From a virus, in IMG/VR virus record IMGVR_UViG_3300045988_074520: a stretch of DNA of 43,872 bases; one strand, given 5' to 3'. Shown here in pieces: positions 24,145 to 32,323 of this stretch (the stretch's first letter is position 1; each line of letters starts with the position of its first letter). Position numbers and translations under genes: made by a program. Under the pieces are notes generated by a model. That model worked only from the letters and a program-made list of their open reading frames with translations. It did not search any database and was not told where the DNA came from.

Positions 24145-24570
24145 ATGACAGATGCAAAAAGGACAGCCGTAGAGTTATCAAAAATTTACCATACAAATGA
24201 TCCGTATGAGATTGCGGAACGACTGGGGGTATATACACAGGTTGGACCTTTAGGGAAAATATTCGGATGCTGCTTAACCATAGCGGGGCAACGCTTCATT
24301 TACATAAACAGTGATCTGGATACACCTACACAGAAGATGGTAGCGGCTCATGAACTGGGCCACGCCGTGATGCACCGGGAAGACTACTTCTTTTTTAACT
24401 GGATGAACGATACGACATACCGGAGCCGGGCAGAGATCGAAGCGCACACCTTTGCCGCAGAACTGCTTGTGCCGGACAGTGTTGTACTGGAGCATCCGGG
24501 ATTTACATTAAATCAGCTATCCGCATTAACCGGATACGCTGAGGAATTTTTAAAATTCAAAAGAGTTTAG
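24145..24570 (+). CDS. immA: ImmA/IrrE-family zinc metalloprotease (anti-repressor protease)
   Basis: HELGHAVMH motif, the right size, and position downstream of the repressor. Confidence 0.8.
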   Translation: MTDAKRTAVELSKIYHTNDPYEIAERLGVYTQVGPLGKIFGCCLTIAGQRFIYINSDLDTPTQKMVAAHELGHAVMHREDYFFFNWMNDTTYRSRAEIEAHTFAAELLVPDSVVLEHPGFTLNQLSALTGYAEEFLKFKRV

Positions 24571-24582
24571 GGGGGGATGTGC

Positions 24583-24813
24583 ATGAGCAACTACGTTACA
24601 GTGACAAGCCACAAAAAGAGACGAACAGCTCTTATCCTTTGCATATTAGGAGGTTGTTTAGGATTGCACTACTTTTATGTAGGCCGTTACGGCAAAGGCA
24701 TCCTTTTTATTTTTACTGCTGGATTATGCGGCATTGGATGGATTTCAGACATATCAAAAATATTGAAAGGGCGATTTGTCGATCAGTACGGTGCCCCGTT
24801 GATTGAGTGGTAA
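24583..24813 (+). CDS. TM2-domain membrane protein
   Basis: ALILCILGGCLGLHYFYVGRYGKGILFIFTAGLCGIGWISD matches the TM2 two-helix pattern. G-rich RBS before ATG at 24583. Confidence 0.7.
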   Translation: MSNYVTVTSHKKRRTALILCILGGCLGLHYFYVGRYGKGILFIFTAGLCGIGWISDISKILKGRFVDQYGAPLIEW

Positions 24814-24822
24814 TGCAGAAAC

Positions 24823-25509
24823 ATGAAAAAAGGTTGTTTATACTGGTTGGTACTCGGCTGGTGGCTTGAACCTATACTGTATTTGATAAAGCAAACTCGC
24901 ATCGTTGTATGGATAGCTGCTGTGGCGGTGCTTATCGGATTTTTGATAATGGCCGGAGTTTTCCTTGTTGCTATGGCGTTCATATTTGCCGTTCTGGCTG
25001 TTTTAATCATCATAGCCAGTATGATTTTCGGATTGATACAAAAAATACATTCTCGGCGTACTTGCGGCACTGATATGGAAGACCTACACGAAGAAGAGCT
25101 TGAAGAGCAAGAAGAACAACGTCAGTCAGAGCAAGCCAAAAAGCAGATTCCTACACCGACAAAGGAACTGGAAATGTCAGATGAACAGGCTTTGAGATAC
25201 GGCTCAATCTGCAACGCATTCCTGGAACACCAGGAAGAGCAAGAAGAAGCAAATGAACAATGCTGGCCGAAGCCTATAACTGTATGTTTTCCGCAATCGG
25301 AGATGGTTCCGAAAGAAACCAAGAAAGCAGAGTTGGAACCAGTAAAAAAGCCAGCACCTGCACAGGTAAAGAAGCCAGAAATGTCAGATGAACAAGCTTT
25401 AATGTATGGCTTGATCTGCAACGCATATCTTAACCATCAGGAAGAAATGGAGCAATACGAACCGCATGAAAGAAACAACGAAAAAGGCAATATACAAGAT
25501 GATCTGTGA
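24823..25509 (+). CDS. Polytopic membrane protein with acidic cytoplasmic tail containing a duplicated module
   Basis: Hydrophobic N-terminus of about 75 aa. EMSDEQALRYGSICNAFLEHQEE and EMSDEQALMYGLICNAYLNHQEE repeats. Confidence 0.6.
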   Translation: MKKGCLYWLVLGWWLEPILYLIKQTRIVVWIAAVAVLIGFLIMAGVFLVAMAFIFAVLAVLIIIASMIFGLIQKIHSRRTCGTDMEDLHEEELEEQEEQRQSEQAKKQIPTPTKELEMSDEQALRYGSICNAFLEHQEEQEEANEQCWPKPITVCFPQSEMVPKETKKAELEPVKKPAPAQVKKPEMSDEQALMYGLICNAYLNHQEEMEQYEPHERNNEKGNIQDDL

Positions 25510-25540
25510 TTCTACGGAACCGAAGACGGAATTAAGCTAT

Positions 25541-25744
25541 CTACTTACCTTTCGGTACAGATGATTCTTGATCTGCTGATTGAGAACCAGATCGTTGAGC
25601 TGGATGAGCGCCAGATTCAAAAGCTTCTCTTACAGCAGCTTTCATCTGCCGCAGAGGAGAGGGGGCATTCTCAGGAGTGACGGTGCTTTCCAGACGCTCA
25701 ACACGATTTACTAAGTTATTCCATCGTTTTTTTGATATAAACAT
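25541..25744 (-). CDS. Possible small protein (67 aa), function unknown
   Basis: ORF with AAGGA about 9 nt upstream. Convergent with the membrane protein gene. Confidence 0.35.
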   Translation of the reverse strand: MFISKKRWNNLVNRVERLESTVTPENAPSPLRQMKAAVREAFESGAHPAQRSGSQSADQESSVPKGK

Positions 25745-25961
25745 AAAATACCATCCTTTTTATTTTTATCATATCAGAAAAACCTATGGTTATATCACCA
25801 ATATAAAAAACGCCCGGCGCTACCAACACCAGACGTTTTGTGGATGTGATAAAAAATCACAAACCTACACCGATATAATATCACATCCGGCAGCAGTCAC
25901 GCAAGATAAAATATTAAAATCTGGTGGCTGTATTTTTTATACCAAAAAAAGGAGTGATACT

Positions 25962-27044
25962 ATGGCAAAAGCAAAAAAATTACCATCTGGATCATGGAGA
26001 GTCCAGGTATTTGACAGATTTGAGGATGTACGAGATAAGAACGGGAAGCCGGTTCTGGATGATAAAGGCAAGCCGAAGAAAAAGAGAATCTACAAATCAT
26101 TCACAAACGATGACCCTACACCAAAAGGGAAACGTGATGTTGAGCGGGAAGCTGCTATATGGGCCGCAAGCAAGGAAAACGAATCAAACACCCACGCGGA
26201 ATTAACATTAGGCGAAGCCACCGATCTATACATAAGCCAGCGTTCTGCTGTGCTGTCTCCTTCAACCGTTAGGGAATATAAAAATTCCAGAAATCGGGAC
26301 CTGCAAGGGATGATGAATGTAAAGCTTCAAGACATCACGCAGGACATGATACAGGCAGCTATAAATCAAGAAGCACTCTCCCACTCTCCTAAGTCTGTAA
26401 GGAATATGCATGGGCTTCTCACTGCTGTCCTTGCCGCTTACAGACCCGGCTTTGCAGTGCGCACGAAGCTGCCAGCAAAAGTTAGGCCTGATCTTTATGT
26501 CCCATCTGACGCAGACATAAAAAAGCTGTTGTCCTATGCAAAAGGGACTGATATGGAGCTGCCTATACTGCTTGCTGCGTTCGGCCCGATGCGCCGCGGT
26601 GAAATATGTGCGTTGGAATCTGACTGCATAGACGGGAATGTGGTGCACGTTGCTTATGCACTAGTACAGAATGACAAAAAAGAATGGGTGAAAAAGAGTC
26701 CAAAGAGCTACGCAGGAGACCGATACATTCCTTACCCATCATTCGTGTCGGATATGTTTAAAGAAAAGTCCGGACGCATTGTTGATATGACACCTATGCA
26801 GATCACAAAAAAGTTTTCCCGGATGTTAAAAAGGGCCGGTCTTCCACACTTCCGGTTCCACGATTTACGCCACTACTCCGCTTCCATACAGCACGCTATA
26901 GGGATCCCGGATGCTTACATCATGCAGCGCGGAGGATGGGGAAATGACGGTGTATTAAAACAGGTTTACAGGCATGCAATGATAAGTCAGGAAAGGAATA
27001 TGAACCAAAAAGCGAATGATTACTTTGAAAAGATCGCAAAATAA
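25962..27044 (+). CDS. int: Tyrosine integrase
   Basis: AAAGGAGTGATACT RBS before ATG at 25962. The pattern is RRGEI...HDLRHYSAS...GGWGNDGVLKQVYRH. Adjacent to attP. Confidence 0.85.
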   Translation: MAKAKKLPSGSWRVQVFDRFEDVRDKNGKPVLDDKGKPKKKRIYKSFTNDDPTPKGKRDVEREAAIWAASKENESNTHAELTLGEATDLYISQRSAVLSPSTVREYKNSRNRDLQGMMNVKLQDITQDMIQAAINQEALSHSPKSVRNMHGLLTAVLAAYRPGFAVRTKLPAKVRPDLYVPSDADIKKLLSYAKGTDMELPILLAAFGPMRRGEICALESDCIDGNVVHVAYALVQNDKKEWVKKSPKSYAGDRYIPYPSFVSDMFKEKSGRIVDMTPMQITKKFSRMLKRAGLPHFRFHDLRHYSASIQHAIGIPDAYIMQRGGWGNDGVLKQVYRHAMISQERNMNQKANDYFEKIAK

Positions 27045-27096
27045 TTACTATTTAACGCGGATAGATAGGGGCGAGAAATGCAGCAAAAAACAGGTG

Positions 27097-27130
27097 TTTT
27101 AAATACAATGCAACACGAAATGCAACACGA
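27097..27130 (+). repeat. 34-bp direct repeat, left copy (two ATGCAACACGA units, 12-bp period); candidate integrase arm-type sites
   Basis: TTTTAAATACAATGCAACACGAAATGCAACACGA is identical to 27302-27335. Confidence 0.8.
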
Positions 27131-27152
27131 TGAGCCAAGAATGTTTATTTTA

Positions 27153-27199
27153 AGCCACTTGTGGCCGAGAGGTCGCAGGTTCAAATCCTGTTGCCCCGA
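27153..27199 (+). other. attP core candidate: 3-prime portion of a long-variable-arm (type II, Leu/Ser-like) tRNA. Not a complete tRNA.
   Basis: Variable-arm hairpin GGCC-GAGA-GGTC, T-arm GCAGG-TTCAAAT-CCTGT, 3-prime acceptor strand TGCCCCG plus A. No matching 5-prime acceptor strand upstream. Confidence 0.65.
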
Positions 27200-27207
27200 T
27201 TAACTGG

Positions 27208-27248
27208 AAAGCCGCATAGAACCTAGAGCTTAGGTTTTATGCGGCTTT
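27208..27248 (+). terminator. Long hairpin downstream of the tRNA fragment (would terminate the reconstituted tRNA gene in a lysogen)
   Basis: AAAGCCGCATA / TATGCGGCTTT outer stem and AACCTA / TAGGTT inner stem, followed by T-rich sequence. Confidence 0.6.
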
Positions 27249-27301
27249 AGATGTTATAAGTATTTATCACTTGTTGCATAAATATATTAAAAATGATACA
27301 T

Positions 27302-27335
27302 TTTTAAATACAATGCAACACGAAATGCAACACGA
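27302..27335 (+). repeat. 34-bp direct repeat, right copy
   Basis: Identical to 27097-27130. Confidence 0.8.
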
Positions 27336-27422
27336 AATATTCTGGATGAGCGGTGTGTCCATCATCTTAAATACTCCATCTGGAGTGTGTCGGGAACCAT
27401 TGCCGACCTCAGAATATTCGCG

Positions 27423-27728
27423 TTATTTTGCACCAGGCCCGTGCTTCTGATCTTTATCTTTATTCCCCTTAGCGCTGGTTGGAGTAAATCCAGCTACAAC
27501 AGTTCCATTAACCGGATGGCCTGCACCTTTCGGAATTCCAACTCCAGGGCCGGACTACACATGTTTCGGCTCTGCATGATCTGCGGTACCGGGTGTGCTG
27601 TCCTTGCGGTACTCGTGATCCGGGCCGGTGCTTAAAACCTCATTGTGCGGTTCCGGAGTCGGTACTCCGGTTGCCGGGCCGTAAGGGATGTTCGGGGTTT
27701 CGGTTCTGTGTTTGATGCTCATACTCAT
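27423..27728 (-). pseudogene. Pro/Gly-rich small ORF interrupted by one in-frame TAG (57 codons, TAG at 27555-27557, 43 codons, TAA)
   Basis: GAAAGGACTACAT RBS before ATG at 27728. My own translation shows the same low-complexity P/G/T/H composition on both sides of the TAG. Confidence 0.4.
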
Positions 27729-27747
27729 ATGTAGTCCTTTCTGCCAT

Positions 27748-27858
27748 TTAACGGATGGCTCCGATTAAAATGTTTTCAACATCTGCTCTAAGCTTTTTCG
27801 GTACAGCATCGAGAGCAATTCTGCCCTTGCACACCAGATCTGCATACGCTCTTGCCAT
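27748..27858 (-). CDS. Small conserved-looking phage peptide (36 aa) of the type often found after tail-fibre genes in Firmicutes prophages
   Basis: GAAGGAGGTGAGTCATA RBS before ATG at 27858. The peptide is MARAYADLVCKGRIALDAVPKKLRADVENILIGAIR. Confidence 0.55.
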   Translation of the reverse strand: MARAYADLVCKGRIALDAVPKKLRADVENILIGAIR

Positions 27859-28018
27859 TATGACTCACCTCCTTCATAAAGTTCTACAATGGCCATATAA
27901 CACAAATGGTGGGAACGCTCAGATGGCCCTTAGATATTACGACCTAGCTAAGCCAACGCAAGGACTAAAAATAACACTTGGCATTTTATATTATAAAGTT
28001 TTGTAAATCCAATTATTT

Positions 28019-28255
28019 TTGCCAAATAGTAATTTAACAGATAAATTTGATAAATCCGGTGGAATTTTTTCTGGAGATATAAATCTCGCTGATCACAAAC
28101 TTAATTTTACTAAGGGTGGTACTCTTGGGTTTTATATTTACAAAGATGATTCCGGTAAGCTCGGAGTATACAACCATGATAATTTACTTTTGGCATACTT
28201 TGATTTTGGTGGAGGTCTGCACATGCGCGAAAACATTGTTAAGGATATTACTTGA
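28019..28255 (+). other. Silent alternative C-terminal cassette for the distal tail-fibre gene (opposite strand, no credible RBS or ATG of its own)
   Basis: Open frame ...NSNLTDKFDKSGGIFSGDINLADHKLNF... with a fibre-like GG..SGD.NL motif. Shares the in-frame 14-mer with the fibre gene. AT-rich compared with its surroundings. Confidence 0.55.
28026..28039. repeat. Inverted repeat, left arm: ATAGTAATTTAACA
   Basis: Exact reverse complement of 28569-28582. Confidence 0.9.
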
Positions 28256-28958
28256 TGCAATACGAAAAACTGTCAAAAATTTGCATACCTATAGAGGATT
28301 CTCCGCACCAAAAGCGTAGGCCACCGGTTGTAATCGTTTGCACTAGACTTACAGCTACGTTTGGGTTGCCCCAGGTTGATATACTATGATACAAAGCGTC
28401 CTTTGCGAGCGGTAATACGCCATTATTAAGTAATCCTACATTGTCGCATTTTTGGCTAGGCGTGAATACAAAATAAACAAAACACACCTTGCCGATTACG
28501 TGATAAGAAATGTTGCCAGATCCGTATACCGTATTAATGGCATGAGATACATCGGTAATTCCAGAAGGTGTTAAATTACTATCTAACTTATTAAGACCAC
28601 TGGATAAATCTGTCATACCGCCGGTCAGCGCAGCGGTACCGATCTTTGCCATAACCGTATTAATGACCTTGTCGGCCAGAGCATCAACAAGAGACTGCGC
28701 TGTTACAATATTTCCCTTTTCCCCACAAAGTCCCTGCGTATCCTCTGCCTGCACAGCGGATAAAGCTGTAGCATCAAAGCCTTGCGCCATTAGCTGGTAG
28801 TTGATCTTGTCATCAACCGGAGTGATCCCGGTAACTGTTTTTAAAGTGATGTATGTGCTGTTGCCATACTTGACCATCGTGAGCTGTTCATAAGTTGCGT
28901 CTGCGCTATATTCGCCACCATTGGTTATCATCCATTTACCAAGGTCTGTTTTTCCCAT
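28248..28958 (-). CDS. Distal tail fibre / receptor-binding protein (236 aa)
   Basis: Last gene of the tail module. GGAGGTATAAGAC RBS. The constant N-terminal 130 aa end at ...LDSNLT, inside the right inverted-repeat arm. Confidence 0.7.
   Translation of the reverse strand: MGKTDLGKWMITNGGEYSADATYEQLTMVKYGNSTYITLKTVTGITPVDDKINYQLMAQGFDATALSAVQAEDTQGLCGEKGNIVTAQSLVDALADKVINTVMAKIGTAALTGGMTDLSSGLNKLDSNLTPSGITDVSHAINTVYGSGNISYHVIGKVCFVYFVFTPSQKCDNVGLLNNGVLPLAKDALYHSISTWGNPNVAVSLVQTITTGGLRFWCGESSIGMQIFDSFSYCIK
28569..28582. repeat. Inverted repeat, right arm (TGTTAAATTACTAT), inside the fibre gene at codons 126-130
   Basis: Exact reverse complement of 28026-28039. Same codon phase in both reading frames. 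Confidence 0.9.
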
Positions 28959-28961
28959 GTC

Positions 28962-29729
28962 TTATACCTCCACAAACACATGATTGTTTTCCATTGATAC
29001 CGTTACGTTTTTTCCCTGATCACATTCTAAATGACCAGTTGAGATGTTTAAAGAAAACGTAGGGAAAACGATATCTGCATATGCTCCAGCCTTGTCTGCG
29101 CTTTCTTTTGCTTTTTGGCAGTAGTACATAGAGTTATCGGTTTCTTCGTTTTCTCTGGATCCAGTCCCACCGTGAGCAAAGCTTTCAGATGCCGTAAGGT
29201 ATGTTTTTGCATTCGCTGCATAACTCTGTGCATCAAGCATATACTGGCGTAAGGTTTGCATCACTGTAGGCTCCAGTTTATCAAGCGTTACTGATCCATC
29301 TCTTACTTCTGCGCTTATCTTTGTTCCATTAAGCTTCATAGCAATGGTCGCGGTATTATCCACACTATAAACAAACCGCTGGAAGCTTATCTTTTTAGTT
29401 GTTCCGTCCTGCTGCACCAACACAAGGTTGTCGTCATCATCGAGATCGATGCGTGTAGGCATCATCTCAATTGGGAAGTCATAGCTTTCCGTGCTGCCAT
29501 CTCTATGAGTAACAGTAACAATCCAGGTGTCGGTATCTATGGTCCATCCGGTTATAAATCCGGCTGCATCCGATACCTCCAACTTGTCTTGCGACAATGC
29601 GAGAATATACTGAGCGCACTGGAGTATACCGTTGTCCATGTGACGCAGATTTTTTTGACCAAGCGCCGTAGATGTTGAGGGCCAGTTAAGCCAGCCTACA
29701 ACAGCGTAAAAAAGGTCAGTCAGCTTCAT
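28962..29729 (-). CDS. Tail fibre / minor structural protein
   Basis: N-terminus WLNWPSTSTALGQKNLRHMDNGI matches the common fibre pattern W.D.PS..TPI.A.NLN.ME.GI. GGAGAGGGAGG RBS. Confidence 0.65.
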   Translation of the reverse strand: MKLTDLFYAVVGWLNWPSTSTALGQKNLRHMDNGILQCAQYILALSQDKLEVSDAAGFITGWTIDTDTWIVTVTHRDGSTESYDFPIEMMPTRIDLDDDDNLVLVQQDGTTKKISFQRFVYSVDNTATIAMKLNGTKISAEVRDGSVTLDKLEPTVMQTLRQYMLDAQSYAANAKTYLTASESFAHGGTGSRENEETDNSMYYCQKAKESADKAGAYADIVFPTFSLNISTGHLECDQGKNVTVSMENNHVFVEV

Positions 29730-29883
29730 CGTTTTCCTCCCTCTCCTTCACAACAATTCCACGATCCAGAATATCAGCCATTTGGCATATTACTTTTACA
29801 TTCTGTAATCCGGAAACATTGAGCGAATTCAAAAGCACAGCCAATGTTTTTACATCATCCTCATTGTAGCTTACCTTCGTCAT
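29716..29883 (-). CDS. Small hypothetical protein (55 aa) between tail genes
   Basis: ATGA overlap with the upstream stop. My own translation starts MTKVSYNEDDVKTLAVLLNSLNVSGLQNVKV... Below the ORF-track cutoff. Confidence 0.45.
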   Translation of the reverse strand: MTKVSYNEDDVKTLAVLLNSLNVSGLQNVKVICQMADILDRGIVVKEREENDEAD

Positions 29884-31889
29884 TTCTGCGCCACCTCGTT
29901 TTCTATGATATATTGCATTGCACAGGTCAATATAGCTATGTAGTTCTGATACGGAATGGTCAAATATCCTTTATATCGTCCGTACAATGGGAGATTAATG
30001 CCAAGTTCTTTGCAAAGATCCAATACCTCTTGCGCTATAAAACCGACTCCAGGTTCGTTTCCATTGTTCATTTTGTACGATACCGGCCTAAGCTTTTTTA
30101 CAATGTTGTAAGCAAGCTCTGGAGATATCGAATTAACATCATGCTTAAGGCGCTTATCACTCCACCATTCTCCGGCAACAGAACTGTATATTTTGCTGCA
30201 CTGAATGCTGCTGTTACAAACTATATACCCTGCCGTCAAATCGTTTATATTAGCGCTGTCTTGGACTATTAAATTGTTGCAAGTGTGGGAACTTGCTATT
30301 AGCGTGGAAAAGTATCCAGTATTGGTTGACGAAGTAGATCCAATTTGAATACTCTTCGCCACAACCTTTCCGTCGGAATCAACTGTAAACTGACCATTCC
30401 CAACATCTATAGACCCCTTAAATAATCCGGCATTGACGGTCAGCGTACCATCCGAAGTTAAAGAGGAGTTTGTTGCTGTCCAACTAAAACGGTTGCCTTT
30501 TATATCAACACCGCCACTCTCAATGGACAGTTGCGCCGATACATCACCTTTGCTTACTTTAGCCGTAATGCTTGATTCTGTCTGTGATATTCTGGATGAT
30601 AGCTTTTCTTCCGCACCAGTAGCTCGCGATATCTCTGATGATATTTCTCCCGCCATCTGGGTGAAACGAGATTCCGTATTGCTTTCAACATCTTTTAATG
30701 TATTCGAAACCTCTTCGACCGTTCTTACCAACTTTGCAGTTTTCCCTTGAAGCTGCAATATGGTGCTTTCTATGCTAAAAGATTGGGTAAGCTCCTGAGT
30801 TCCTTGACATTCGTAAGAATCCATAGCACCTTGTATTCCACTAAGAGTGCGTTTAGATATTATGGTGTTTACTGGGCCGCCCACTGTCTGAACTATAACT
30901 CGATCACCAACTTCAAGCCACGGAGCGCCATTTGTTGTTATTGATGCAGGCGTATATGACAAACCGATTATTGCTGTTCTTATGGCATTGGCTATACTGA
31001 TAAGTTCGGATGTGGTTTTTCCATATACAAGAGGATTTCCCTCAATGATATACACATTCTCGCCATCACCTACACTCGTTCCACCTATATCTCCTTCCTC
31101 TTGCCGAATCTGCACAGTATCTATGTCAGGCACCATAAATTCTTCGCTTTCAGAGCTTTGATAAACAGTTATGGTATCTGTTATATCATCTGTTTTTGGA
31201 ATACTTATAAATTGAAGCTCGCCGTTTCTTGTTATGTTTCCGAAAACTCCGTTAATTTGGCATATATACTTAAGCACATCGCGCCCATTTAAGGTGCTCG
31301 GCTGTATGGTTTTGGTTATCTCCAGATCATCATTGACAAGAGCCGCGTTTAACACCGGGACTCCTACAAAAGCGCAAAGAGATTTTGTAAAATCCGACAA
31401 TTTGATTGGAAATTCGACTGAATTATACCAGCCGGAAACATCAGCATCAAAAAGCTGCATCCGGTCATATGCTATGATTTTTCTGGTGTCCTTATCGTCC
31501 TGCTTTGGAGTTGATGAAACTGTATAAAGACCAAGTGACATGGGATAATCACCAATATCTTCCAATACCATGAATTCTCTTTTTGATATGTTTCGATCAA
31601 GCCCGGATACAGTTATCTCAAATTCTGCCGATTCGCATGCACCAAAATCCAGATCATCCGATGTACTTATGGATTCCGTGATGCTCATAGATTCCGAAGA
31701 AATCATATCATCTGTGATTTCAAAATCAATGCTGTCAGAAGACAATTCGGACGGATACAGCGTTTCGGACGGATACAGCGTTTCAGATGGGTACAGTGCC
31801 CTATAGTCTTCCTTAAAAAACACAAGGCGCAGTTTTTTTCCGCCATATGTATTGTATAAATCTTTATATTTCTGCTCGACGTCTATCAT
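29880..31889 (-). CDS. Tail-associated protein (Tal-like) with C-terminal S74-type intramolecular chaperone autoprocessing domain
   Basis: The C-terminus SDKRLKHDVNSI...GVGFIAQEV...YQNYIAILTCAMQ matches the Peptidase_S74 pattern. The N-terminus has YPSETL x3 (18-bp repeat, 31748-31797). Confidence 0.75.
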   Translation of the reverse strand: MIDVEQKYKDLYNTYGGKKLRLVFFKEDYRALYPSETLYPSETLYPSELSSDSIDFEITDDMISSESMSITESISTSDDLDFGACESAEFEITVSGLDRNISKREFMVLEDIGDYPMSLGLYTVSSTPKQDDKDTRKIIAYDRMQLFDADVSGWYNSVEFPIKLSDFTKSLCAFVGVPVLNAALVNDDLEITKTIQPSTLNGRDVLKYICQINGVFGNITRNGELQFISIPKTDDITDTITVYQSSESEEFMVPDIDTVQIRQEEGDIGGTSVGDGENVYIIEGNPLVYGKTTSELISIANAIRTAIIGLSYTPASITTNGAPWLEVGDRVIVQTVGGPVNTIISKRTLSGIQGAMDSYECQGTQELTQSFSIESTILQLQGKTAKLVRTVEEVSNTLKDVESNTESRFTQMAGEISSEISRATGAEEKLSSRISQTESSITAKVSKGDVSAQLSIESGGVDIKGNRFSWTATNSSLTSDGTLTVNAGLFKGSIDVGNGQFTVDSDGKVVAKSIQIGSTSSTNTGYFSTLIASSHTCNNLIVQDSANINDLTAGYIVCNSSIQCSKIYSSVAGEWWSDKRLKHDVNSISPELAYNIVKKLRPVSYKMNNGNEPGVGFIAQEVLDLCKELGINLPLYGRYKGYLTIPYQNYIAILTCAMQYIIENEVAQK

Positions 31890-31900
31890 ATGGCCCACCT

Positions 31901-32314
31901 CTAATACTGTATCATTTCCAGGGTAAATGCTTCATAAAACATTTCCCCTGTGTCATTATCTGCAATATGAGATATTGCAAATTCAGTATCTGGTACATAA
32001 AAATATCCTGACCCGTAAATTCCGGTATCCAAATTCCAGTATGTAACTTCGTACTTGCGCTGATCTGTATCAACAAGACCATTTGCTTTTAAAGAATTAA
32101 ATAAGTCTTTTTCTTTTTGTGACAGCGGTCTGATCTCCAGCTTTAGAGTGGTTTTAAAATTAGGAGATGTGACACGCTGCAAATCATTGTTGTTATCGCG
32201 CCACGCTTTTTTCTCTGTTCGCTGATCTGGCGTAGAAACGTACCGTGTCAGGAAAGCGTTCGGGAGCGCCATGCTCCCAAACTTAACGAGATATCCTTTA
32301 TAGTCCTGCTGCAT
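31901..32314 (-). CDS. Distal tail protein (Dit-position) candidate
   Basis: 137-aa ORF directly after the tape measure gene. GGAGGTACAT RBS. Confidence 0.5.
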   Translation of the reverse strand: MQQDYKGYLVKFGSMALPNAFLTRYVSTPDQRTEKKAWRDNNNDLQRVTSPNFKTTLKLEIRPLSQKEKDLFNSLKANGLVDTDQRKYEVTYWNLDTGIYGSGYFYVPDTEFAISHIADNDTGEMFYEAFTLEMIQY

Positions 32315-32323
32315 ATGTACCTC

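Noticed and set aside
25842-25888. Inverted repeats GGATGTGAT (25842-25850) / ATCACATCC (25880-25888), and TGTGAT-AAAAA-ATCACA around a TATAAT upstream of the integrase, as a defined int promoter/operator
   Set aside because: The repeats are real, but I could not pair the -10 with an acceptable -35 at proper spacing, so I do not call a promoter. They may still be a regulatory site.
27153-27199. A possible functional tRNA gene next to the integrase
   Set aside because: Only the variable arm, T-arm and 3-prime acceptor strand are present. No complementary 5-prime acceptor strand or D-arm exists upstream. I interpret it as the attP core.
27555-27557. Genome-wide TAG recoding (an alternative genetic code), as reported for some gut phages
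   Set aside because: All other genes read as intact full-length proteins under the standard code, and the only phage tRNA has a CAT anticodon, not CTA. A single interrupted ORF is not enough evidence.
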